Of a stretch of DNA of 64,000 bases, positions 16,387-26,752 are shown one piece after another. The notes under the pieces were generated by a model. It was not told where the DNA came from. It saw only the letters and a program-made list of their open reading frames with translations, and ran no database searches. This stretch comes from Eledone cirrhosa. Its lineage: Eukaryota. Both the position numbers and the translations under genes were made by a program. Positions within the stretch are counted from its first letter, which is position 1. Each line of letters begins with the position of its first letter. The stretch spans positions 365,862,001-365,926,000 of the forward strand of contig OZ024743.1 in assembly GCA_964016885.1 (NCBI GenBank). Direction: 5' to 3'.

Positions 16387-16892
16387 CTAGCAGTGGTACC
16401 TGGCGTTGCACGGGATAAGGTATTTTGGAACGCGGGCCGCCAACAGACCTAATCGTGGAAAAACTGCATGCCTGGACAATATGTAAAGAAAATAAATCGA
16501 ATACTCTGATGACTGGATAATCTTTAAGATTTTCCTCGATGAAGCAGGAAAAATGCAGGTTTTCACCTAATGTGGGCCCTAGATCATAAAAAAGTTGGAT
16601 TTTCTTTGCTCACGGTATGAAGAAGAGACTTACTAATACATAATTACAATTTCAAGGTAATCGGTTTGATTCAACGCCTCAAAAAACCCCTAAAAAGCTG
16701 AAAAAATGCAGTTTTTCACCTAATGCGGGCTCTAGGCGATCAAAAAGCTGAATTTTTTATGTGCATAACACTCCTTGAAACATAAGTAATACACATGTAA
16801 AGTTTGAAAAAAATCGGTTGGATACTTATCACGTTTTAGGGATTCAAACTCACAGACACACAAAATGACATCCTCAGTTTTATATATATAGA
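16387..16892 (-). mobile_element. Non-autonomous Helitron
   Basis: The minus strand starts A|TC(tatatatataaaa) and ends with a GC-rich hairpin-like cccgtgcaacgccagg followed by CTAG|T. Confidence 0.7.
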
Positions 16893-17373
16893 TATATAAG
16901 TGGTAACTGGCCGAAACCGCCGAGCTCGCGGTAGATCCTTTACTCCCACTAATATGCCCACTCTGCATCATATTATATATCGAGAACTTCTTTGATTTGT
17001 GGTCGTCCCGGTCCCAGTACCACAGACTATCAAAATACATATATATATATCTGTGTGTTTATAGCCCGTAATTTTGCGTTTCATTAAAAAAAAGTGATCG
17101 ATGAAATATATATCAGCCTTGCAAGAAATAAGTACTAGGCTCAATATAGTCAATTAAATCAAGGCAGTACCCCAGTATGGCCACAGTCTAATGACTGACA
17201 CTAGTCGAAGTGTAAAACGTTAAAAGTGTATATATATGGTTTCTGCTAAAGTCACGCGGACGGTGAGTTAAGTGAACCAACCGAGTGGTCCACGTCGGGA
17301 TTTGAAGTCTAAGCGCAAATATCAGGAACAACAGTTCTAACTTGGAAACTGTGACTTAGATTGATATATTATT

Positions 17374-17757
17374 TGGATTGGCAGTATCGGTAGAGGGTCG
17401 GACGCCATGCTTTCCAGCATAGTTACGTCCCTTTACGCTCTGAGTTCAAATCCCGCCGAGGTTAACTTTGCCTTTCATTTTTACGGAGTCGATAAAATAA
17501 ATTACCAGTAATGTACTGGGTAATTGCTGGCCTTGTGCCAAAAGTAGAAACAATTATTTAACAAATTGGTAGATTGTCAGTATCGGTTGAGCGTGAGACA
17601 CCATGCTTTGCAGCACAGAGTTATGGCCAGTTACGTTCTGAGTTCAAATCCCGCCGAGGTTAACTTTGCTTTTCCTCCTTACGGGGTCGATAAAATAAAG
17701 TACCAGTAATGCACTGGGGGTAATTGTTGGCCTTGTGCCAAAAGTAGAAACAATTAT
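17374..17757 (+). mobile_element. Two tandem tRNA-SINE copies
   Basis: Both match 241-424. Confidence 0.85.
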
Positions 17758-17899
17758 TTAACGATAGTGGAATGTCGAAAACTAAAGTTGACCTCGATGA
17801 GATGTATTACACAGAACCAAATGGAACCGGAATAAGTACCGCTCTAACGACTCTGTCAATTCGCCGTAACAAACAATCTATAGTTCAACGGATGTTTGG

Positions 17900-18680
17900 A
17901 TCAATAAAAAAAAATACTTATGAAAACTTATTGAGTAGAGACCTGATCTAATAAAGCAAATAGGTTGACATCAGATAACATAAAAAGTAACGATCGTACG
18001 AATGTTTCAACTTATTGATAAACATGTGTACATGTGTGGTATCAGTACATTGTCAAATCGAAGAGAATTAGCTGGACGAAAACAATATGCTATGAAAACA
18101 AAACACCGAATCAGGGTGTGACTTAAAAACAACCCGAATATATTTAGTTACATCAGAGAAAAAAATCGTTTCAATGATCCCTGTAAACTTGAAACAACAT
18201 TGAAAACCTGGATATGAAATATCATGAGGTACATAAGAAAACGATAAAAAAGAAATATGAGGATAATAAACTTTAAAGTTCTAAATTACTGGTTACATAA
18301 GTTACAAGGGAAATTTAAAACCAAAGGAGACATTTAAATATGGATTGTTAGCCTGCTAAATGCAAAAGTTGAAAAACTATTTTTTTAAGGACACCAAGGT
18401 CAACAGTGAATAACAAATGTGCATGACAAAACATACACTCACTGGCTAAAAAAGGCTAAAAAAAAGTATTACTTAATTTAGACGTACACAAATATTTGAA
18501 ATCATCAAAGACGGGTCTGGGTCATTGGAGATTGATAAATATAAAGCAACTTGTATGTGATTGTAATTTAATTAAGTATCAAGTTGCTCAATCTGCTAGA
18601 AATAGCAGTCAAATTCCAAAATAAGGACACGTTAGGTACCCTTCGATACCATTTAAAAGACAAGATGGTTACGGTTGGAA
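17900..18680 (+). pseudogene. Possible very decayed L1/Tx1-type RT remnant
   Basis: Only scattered motif ghosts in plausible order (DxxKAxxRxDxR-like near 17945, QG near 18112). Confidence 0.25.
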
Positions 18681-18944
18681 TGCCATTGATCATAGATCTA
18701 CATGATGACCTTAAACTAAGCAATAGCAGCAACAGCAGCAACAACAACACCACCACCAACAACAACTACTACTACAGCAGCAGCAGCATTATCATCTTTG
18801 TTAACTACAATAAATTAAAAAAGTGAAGAACATTTAATCCGGCGTAGTTAAAGATAGTTATGTTGTTGTTTAACTCCGGATCAACCATGACCAAGCAGAT
18901 CTATACTCAAAGGTTTTCTAACCGTGATCCTTTTACCATTACCT

Positions 18945-21411
18945 TACCCAACGTATTCTTGTTTTATAACTGTAGGTGGGTAGCTCTTAAACAGTGCTCC
19001 GTGGCATACCCAATCCCAGCGAGCTTCTAACATTAAATGGCGAGACGTTCCCATAAAGGCTTCCAGGCGCCTAAAGAAGTCCGACCGTTCGGCCTCGGTC
19101 GGAGCGTAGACGGCTACTAGTCTAATGGCACCACCTTTGCAATTGTTCACGTCCAGGACCACAAACTTACCGTCTGGGTTCCGGAAGATCCAGACCTTTC
19201 CTAAACAGCACTGCCACCTCACCTCCAATTCCCGGCCACGTAAGAGATGCGGAGATCTGATGGTCGTCGAAAGTTGGGGTTAGTACGTGCGTGTCTGAAA
19301 TCCTGGTCTCGCTGACGGCAATCATATCCATATATAGTGACTTGAGGCTGTTTAACCGGCGATTCTTCTTCCAGGACGACTCCAGGCAACGAACATTTAA
19401 ACATCTTACTGTTAAGATGGCCATTTTGGCAGGCTAAAAGAGAGAGAAAAGGTTTACTTACCTCCCGGAGGCTTGTGGAGGTCGTGTGATTCGACTTACA
19501 TGATTGGTAGGGATCCCCACATCGCCGGGGAGGCTCCTCCTAATGTTTTTGTAGGTGTTTATTGGCATCCGAATCATCAGCAGTGTTTGGAGCACTTTGA
19601 AGGCGTAGGTGCCCAAAATCTTTCCCTCTTTCTCAATATCTTGACTTCGTGTTTCAAGGGCTATATATTTTTTGTTGCCCCTTATCATTAACACGAAGTT
19701 GGGTATTTCTATCGTTGTTGGTGTCTGCATGTATTTGCTTTTGTGGGGCATGATATGCAATTGTGTCGGTGCTGTTCATAGTGGTTGTGTTTTTGTTGAC
19801 GGTTGTGATGTTGGTGCTGTTGTGTGAACATTTTTTTCTTTTTCTTTTTCTTTTTCTTTTTCTTTTTCTTTTTCTTTTTCTTTTTCTTTTTCTTTTTCTT
19901 TTTCTTTTTCTTTTTCTTTTTCTTTTTGCTTTTTTGGTTTTGGGCTTTACCCCTGATCTTCACTCGGGGTTGAAGAAGAACTGTTGACTGGGGACTCTGT
20001 GTCAGAGGGGAGTGGGAGTATGTTTATGTGTGTGTGGTTGTTGATCTGTGTGTGTGTGCGTGTGTGTGTGTGTGTGTGTGTTTGAAAGAGGAGGCGAGGG
20101 AGAGCTTGTTTTGGTGATTCTCTGGGTGGTTTTAATGGTCGTTGGTGTTGTTGTACCGGTGGTACTATTTCCTTTACTGTTGCTGCTGCTGGTGCTGGCG
20201 TTGTCTTTTGTCTCGCCACCGGAGGTTTGTGGCCTCCTGCAGTTTTCAGCTGGGGGCAAAAGTCTCGCAGGTGTGTGGCTTCACCACAAACGAAACAGTG
20301 CGGCAGTTTTCCCTCCGTGAATACCTGGATTTCGTACCCGTCCGGTAGTTTGATGTGGTCCGGGATATTTTTGATGTCTTCGAGTCTAATTTGGAGAAGA
20401 ATCTCTAAACCAGTCCCGAACCATCTCTTCCTCTTTGTAAATTTGACGTCGAGGAGGGAGTCAGAGCCCTCTGCCGCCACGCTTCCCAGGAACTACTATA
20501 AGACCAGTCCCGGCGGAATCCTGGGATCACAGACCCTTACTGACCTCCTCCCCAAATAGGACAGGTACATGATTATTTGGTCCGTTTTACAGGGGACCAC
20601 AGAACGTTTGATAGCAAGGGACTCAGTTTTGAAGAGCACCAAGATGCTCCCAAATTGTTTGGCCCTTGCTGTATGCTCTATGTCATTATTGTTGTATTCC
20701 GTGCAACCACTACCTCTCTCGACTTTTCGAGATTTCACTGAAATACATCTATATTTCAGTGTTCTCCTCTCCTTTGCTGCCATTACCTCAACCTGGACGT
20801 TTAATTTGACCCAGGTCTTTTCTCTAGTTATAATTTTTTCCGCCTTGGCCAAAAGTTCATTTTTTTCTGTTAAGTCAAAATTGTAAAGCGTTTGACTGTT
20901 TACCGCTGTGGCTGCGGAAGTACTCCTGTTGTTGTTGCTGCTGTTGTTCTTCTTTTTGGTGCTGCTGTTTTGTTGCTTTTCATTGTTGCTGCTGTTGTTA
21001 GTCATGTCATTTTTGTTCTCATTAGTGTTTTCACTGTTGTTGTTGTTGACATTGTCGTTGCTTTTGTTGTTGGTGCTTCTGTTGGCGATACTGCCTAGTG
21101 TGGTGCTGGGGTTTGCAATAGTTGTGGGAGAGGTGGTGTTACTCCGCTCGACGTTTAAGTTGCTGTCACTTGACAGCTGGCTTAACGGCAGGGGGCGTGT
21201 CTCATCCATATTTCTTTTTTAGGAAAAGAAATTTTCAAAAAACAATTAAGTTCAAAGGTCCAAATATTATGTGGTCGCCTTTACACAGGACAAAGACAGG
21301 TCTTTTATAACCCCTTTATCACAAACATATAACAATTAATTCAATACAACAACTTGAAAAATCAACCAACTTATGGAGCTCACAAAAACGTCTTCACAGT
21401 CCGATAACCAA
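18945..21411 (-). mobile_element. Diverged Tx1-clade LINE, 3'-deleted (ORF1 pseudogene + partial APE)
   Basis: ORF1 pieces align with the 698-aa ORF1 (CFVCGEATHLRDFC knuckle; in-frame TAG at 20496). APE starts MAILTVRCLNVRCL..MIAVSETRI..RLVAVYAPT. The 5' end abuts (TAA)n at 21412. Confidence 0.85.
19830..19926. repeat. (CTTTTT)n hexamer expansion inside the diverged ORF1
   Basis: Visible repeat; reads as poly-Lys on the minus strand. Confidence 0.9.
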
Positions 21412-21470
<59 letters not shown>

Positions 21471-21472
<2 letters not shown>

Positions 21473-24400
21473 CCCCCCCCCCCAAAAACCCAAAAAAACG
21501 TAAAGAAAATAAGAATGAAGAGAGAAGCAGGCGGACGGACAGAGAAGAGGAGGGAAAATCTAAAACTTAAAAAACAAAAACTAAGTCAGACATTCGAAAA
21601 CTACATTACAATGAAACTTATGCTTATTCATTTTTGGGGCCCTTTCTGCCTGTGTGTTTGTTTGTTTATGTGTGTTCGTATACAGCGTGGTGATAATGCC
21701 ACACAAGGGCCAAGTGGAATGGCGGATCCACAGATGGCTATGTAACCATACATTCGCCAATCCTCGATAAGAGTGTTTAAATATCGAACATAAACAGTTC
21801 GAATAACGGTGAAATGGAGACTAGAACGTCATGTGACAGACTCTCACCCAACAGGTGCCCCCTGGCTCAGCAGCAGGAACCTGACTGTCAACCAAATACT
21901 GCTGATGTTGGAGGAAGGAGAAGAAGGAAAGGGGCCAGAACCAACTGGACGAAAGAATTGAATAGAACTGTTATGCAATGTTACCTGAAAAGTAACCCCA
22001 AGGAGAGGGGCTACAGGAGACGGATGCATAACATCTGGAACGAGATTGGTCTATTTAAATTAGATGAACAAAAATTGGCCGGGCAGGCTCGGGTAATAAG
22101 AACTAATGGGTGGATAAGCGAGCTGGAACTGGAGGAACTGAGCAGAGAGAATGGCTTGGAGATGGCGGGTGTAGTATGCCAGACAAGCGAGCCAGTGGGA
22201 AATGAAGGTGAAGAGGTCCTGAGAACGGAGGAACCACCCGAAGCAGACAATGATCTGAATACTGAGATAAATAATACCTGGAACAGAGATACGGCCACTG
22301 AGGAGTTGAATGCTGACGGGCTAGGACAAGACTCGGTCGACATCCTAAATTTAGTGGTAGATGAATTGAACAATGATAGTGGGAGACCTATGAACCTAAG
22401 ATTTGTAGACAGGAAAAAGTTAAAAGAAACAACAGCTAAGGTAAACAAAGTCATCCCATACCTTGAGGCGAGGAGCCTTCACCAGTGCAACAATATCCTC
22501 AAAGCAACAGCAAACACGGTGAGGAAACTACTTGGTATAAAAGCGAGAGGAAACAACAGACAAGAAAGAGCAGAGCCGTGGTGGAAGAAGCGACTGAGTG
22601 GGCAAATCGGGGAAATGAGAAATGACATAGGAAAGCTTGAGTCACTACTGAATGGGACACTAAAAAACATAGGCACTAAAAATAGACTGGAAATAAAATA
22701 CAAAACTAGGAGAAAAAAGCTAAATATTATCATAGAGGAACTGAAGCAACGCATTGTAGCAAAGAGTGCAAAAATCAGGCGATACGAGAACAGAGTCAGT
22801 CAGTATAAACAGAACCGCATGTTCGACAACAACCAGAAGATGCTGTTTGGACAGCTTGAGGGGAAAGAAAGAGGCAACGACTTGATCCCTGGGGCGGAGC
22901 AAACTAAAACATTCTGGAGAGGAATATGGGAGCAGGATGTTAGACATAATGTCCAGGCAGGGTGGATTGAGACAGTACAGAGGGAGATCGGTGAGCAGGC
23001 ACAACAACAAACTGATTTGAGTATCACAGTTGAAACTCTTAAGGGGCAGGCCAAAAAACTAACCAACTGGAAATCACCAGGCCCAGATGGTGTGCAGGGG
23101 TATTGGATTAAACATTTAACATCCCTCCACCCGAGGCTGACGGCCATGTTCAATGACTGCTTGGTGTCGGGTGAGGTGCCAGAGTGGTTGACAAAAGGTA
23201 CCACAGTTCTGATAATGAAAGACCGAATCAAGGGTAATGATGTTACCAACTATAGACCTATCACATGTCTGTCCGTAATGTGGAAACTGTTGACGAGCAT
23301 TGTGTCTGAGGAAATCTACCATCACCTCCACACAAACAACTTGTTACCGGACGAACAGAAAGGATGCCAAAAGAAGTCACGTGGTACAAAGGACCAGTTA
23401 CTTATTGATAAGATGGTAATGGGGAATTGCAGGAGGAGACACACTGATATTGCCATGGGATGGATAGACTACAGAAAGGCATTTGACATGGTGCCTCATT
23501 CTTGGATCACCAAAAGCCTGGAGATCTTCAGGGTGGCAGATAACATCAGACAGTTGCTAGGCAGGAGTATGGGGTCCTGGGAGACAGAGTTGACATCAAC
23601 TGGAGTATCCTTGGGAAGCGTGAAGATCAAGAGAGGTATCTTCCAGGGAGATAGCCTGTCCCCTCTGTTGTTTGTCCTTGCCCTGATGCCCTTGACCACT
23701 ATGCTGCGAAAAGTGAGAGCAGGATACAAGTTGGGAAGGGGAGAGCTTACCATCAATCACCTCCTCTTCATGGACGATCTTAAGCTCTTCGGGAAAAGTG
23801 AGAAGGAGTTGGATGTGCTTGTTGACACTGTCCGTATTTTCAGCAGTGATATATGTATGCAGTTTGGTATTGGTAAATGTGGAGTCATTGTGATGAGGAG
23901 AGGTAGGTTGAGCAGAAGTAACGGGATCCAGATACCAACAGGTGAGATGATAAAGGAAATTGACTCTGAGGAAGGATACAAGTATTTGGGCGTTCTGGAG
24001 GCTGATGGCATAAAGAACAAAAAAATGAAGGAATTGTTAAGAACTGAATACATTCGGAGAGTAAGGAGCGTATTGAAGTCACATCTGAACAGCAGAAATG
24101 CCATAAGTGCAGTAAATTCCCGAGCTGTGTCTATTATTAGGTACAGTGCGGGAATTCTGAGATGGAATGTTGCTGAACAAAAAGAAATGGATAGGAAGAC
24201 TAGGAAGCTATTGACTATCTACAACATGTTCCACAAGAGGAGTGATGTCGATAGACTCTACCTAAGGAGATCTGAGGGTGGAAGAGGTCTTATCAGCATA
24301 GAGGACTGTGTTCAGATGGAGAAAAACAACCTATACAAATACGTGACCTATAGTAAGGAGCCAATGCTCAGAACTGTACTGAAGGAGGGGACAGTAGGCC

Positions 24401-25292
24401 AGGGGATGTCCAAGGAGGAAATAACATCAAGGAGGAAGAGCAGCCTTAAGGGAAAATCCCTTCATAGTACCTTCTTTGAGAAAACTGAATTTAGAGATCC
24501 ACAGACATGGAACTGGTTGAGAAGAGGAGACCTCAAAAAGGCTACAGAAGGAATGCTAATGGCTGCGCAGGAGCAGGCCCTCAAAACGAAGTGGTTGAAG
24601 CACCATATTTACAAGGAGGAGGCTAGCCCACTGTGCAGGATCTGTGGAGAGAGAGAGGAGACTGTGGCTCACATTGTGTCCGAGTGTAAACACCTAGCCC
24701 AGACCCACTATAAGGGCTGGAGACACGATGTGATGGGCAGGGTGATCCACTGGCACCTGTGCAAAGTAAACAATTTACCACATTCTGAGAAATGGTATGA
24801 GCATAGGCCAGAGGCGGTGATGGAGAACAATCAGGTGAAGGTGCTGTGGGATTTTAGGATACAGACGGACAAAAAACTGGAACACAATAGACCTGACCTG
24901 GTGGTTGTGGACAAAGAAAAAAGATCGTGTCTGATTGTGAATGTGGCCTGCCCGTTCGACACGAGAGTGCAAGAGAAGGAGAGGGAGAAAATTAACCGAT
25001 ACCAGGACCTAAAGTGGGAGGTGAAAAGGATTTGGAACTGCCATGAAGTCAAAGTGATCCCGATTGTCATAGGCGCACTGGGGACTATCTCCAAAAGTTT
25101 CCAGGGATGGTTAAAGAAAATCGGCCCCTTCACGCTTTTTGGAACGCTTCAAAAGGCATGCTTGCTTGGAACAGCAAGAACCCTCCGATACGTCCTGAAT
25201 ATCTGAGGCTGCAGGTAGTGGCTTGATATTCAATCCAACGGACTTTCCAGTTAACCAACATCAATGACTGAGATTCAAGGAATAGCAACAAC
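21471..25292 (+). mobile_element. R4/Dong-like RLE non-LTR retrotransposon, full length, in (TAA)n
   Basis: (AAT)n at 21412-21470 and 25293-25340; single long ORF. The exact 5' boundary is uncertain. Confidence 0.85.
21814..25206 (+). CDS. RT + CCHC + restriction-like endonuclease polyprotein (R4/Dong clade), 1130 aa
   Basis: Uninterrupted ORF: WTKELN..CY..S.P..RGY..RM N-terminus, KSPGPDG, DYRKAFDMVPH, GIFQGDSLSP, HLLFMDDLKL, CRIC..H...C, RHD, RPDLVV, K..RYQDL. Confidence 0.93.
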   Translation: METRTSCDRLSPNRCPLAQQQEPDCQPNTADVGGRRRRKGARTNWTKELNRTVMQCYLKSNPKERGYRRRMHNIWNEIGLFKLDEQKLAGQARVIRTNGWISELELEELSRENGLEMAGVVCQTSEPVGNEGEEVLRTEEPPEADNDLNTEINNTWNRDTATEELNADGLGQDSVDILNLVVDELNNDSGRPMNLRFVDRKKLKETTAKVNKVIPYLEARSLHQCNNILKATANTVRKLLGIKARGNNRQERAEPWWKKRLSGQIGEMRNDIGKLESLLNGTLKNIGTKNRLEIKYKTRRKKLNIIIEELKQRIVAKSAKIRRYENRVSQYKQNRMFDNNQKMLFGQLEGKERGNDLIPGAEQTKTFWRGIWEQDVRHNVQAGWIETVQREIGEQAQQQTDLSITVETLKGQAKKLTNWKSPGPDGVQGYWIKHLTSLHPRLTAMFNDCLVSGEVPEWLTKGTTVLIMKDRIKGNDVTNYRPITCLSVMWKLLTSIVSEEIYHHLHTNNLLPDEQKGCQKKSRGTKDQLLIDKMVMGNCRRRHTDIAMGWIDYRKAFDMVPHSWITKSLEIFRVADNIRQLLGRSMGSWETELTSTGVSLGSVKIKRGIFQGDSLSPLLFVLALMPLTTMLRKVRAGYKLGRGELTINHLLFMDDLKLFGKSEKELDVLVDTVRIFSSDICMQFGIGKCGVIVMRRGRLSRSNGIQIPTGEMIKEIDSEEGYKYLGVLEADGIKNKKMKELLRTEYIRRVRSVLKSHLNSRNAISAVNSRAVSIIRYSAGILRWNVAEQKEMDRKTRKLLTIYNMFHKRSDVDRLYLRRSEGGRGLISIEDCVQMEKNNLYKYVTYSKEPMLRTVLKEGTVGQGMSKEEITSRRKSSLKGKSLHSTFFEKTEFRDPQTWNWLRRGDLKKATEGMLMAAQEQALKTKWLKHHIYKEEASPLCRICGEREETVAHIVSECKHLAQTHYKGWRHDVMGRVIHWHLCKVNNLPHSEKWYEHRPEAVMENNQVKVLWDFRIQTDKKLEHNRPDLVVVDKEKRSCLIVNVACPFDTRVQEKEREKINRYQDLKWEVKRIWNCHEVKVIPIVIGALGTISKSFQGWLKKIGPFTLFGTLQKACLLGTARTLRYVLNI

Positions 25293-25340
<48 letters not shown>

Positions 25341-25380
25341 CCATTACAAAAGATGCACAAATAATAATAATAATAATATT

Positions 25381-26431
25381 CCATTACAAAAGATGCACAA
25401 AGATACAGTAATGGACTACAAATTTCAGAAGTCCCATTTACTGCTGAAATGGAAAACACAGAAAAAGCAAAGCAGGTAAAAGTAACTGCAAAGAAAGAAC
25501 TGCTACAGAAACTGGCTAAGAAATGGCAAGAAAAGCCTCTGTATGGAAAATACCCAGAGCGAGCTAACAATCCTGATGTTGACAAAACTTTAACCCATCA
25601 GTGGTTGGCATCCTCTGGACTGAAATCGGAGACTGAAGGACTGATTATATCAGCACAAGATCAGTGTCTGCCAACAAAAAATTACCAAGCCAACATAATA
25701 AAAAATGGATGCAGCCCATTATGCCGTGTATGCAAAAAACAACCAGAGACCATTGACCATATAATTTCAATGTGCAGTCCTATAGCTACAACCGAATACC
25801 TAAACAGGCATGACAGAGCTGCACAATACATACATTGGATAATGTGTAAGCATTTTGACCTGCTCCATCAAAAGAATTGGTGGGAGCATCAACCACCTCC
25901 CATACTTGAAAAAGACCACATCTCAATCTTGTGGAAGTTTAGCATCCAAACAGACCGAAAAATAGATGCAAATAGACCTGATATAATATTGAAGGACTTT
26001 CAAAGGAGGGTATGCCTGCTAATTGATATGTCCGTTCCAATAGACAAGAATGTATCTGTAAAAACATTTGAAAAATTGAGCAAGTATAAGGACCTGGAGA
26101 TAGAAATTGGAAAAATGTGGAAATTGAGAACTAAAACAATACCAGTGGTTGTAGGCGCTCTGGAAATGATACCTAAGGGGTCTAATGATTACTTATCGCA
26201 AATCCCAGGAAACCCGCGTATAGGAGAAATACAAAAGATAGTACTAATGGGAACTGCCCATATACTAAGGAAGATTCTGTCAATATAAGTACATCACAAG
26301 TCTAAACACTAAAGATGCATGTGTGAGTATGTATGTTCTTTCTTGAACATAGCGGACCTTGTTGTCTCTTGAGGTCACTGGTTGTGACTTGGTGATAACT
26401 CGTATGAACATAAAGCAAGATAAATGCAACT

Positions 26432-26432
<1 letters not shown>
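25381..26432 (+). mobile_element. 5'-truncated Dong-like element of a third lineage (CCHC-RLE part + 3' UTR) in (TAA)n
   Basis: ORF 25449-26288: CRVC..H...C, RHD, RPDIIL..IDMSVP..KLSKYKDL; (TAA)n on both sides. Confidence 0.88.
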
Positions 26433-26483
<51 letters not shown>

Positions 26484-26752
26484 TAATAATGATTTCTTTA
26501 TTAACCACAAGGGTTTACATAAAGTAGACATTAAGGACAGTGCAGGACAATGCAGGACGGTACAAATGGGCATTTCTGCGTGTAAAAAAACAAAAACAGA
26601 GGATGTAACAAAAATAACAATGAAAATAACAATGAAAAATTCCCCAATAGGGGGGAGACTTCGGAGGGACATTTGTGGAGAAAGCCCAGTAAAAAGCCAC
26701 AATGACCCTGACCACCAAGGCAAGTGCCCTCTCCCAGTTTTCCACCTTTAGT

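Noticed and set aside
21720-21816. HDV-like ribozyme upstream of the Dong ORF (tcctcg, hairpin, P2-like pairing)
   Set aside because: P1, P1.1 and P3 could not be built.
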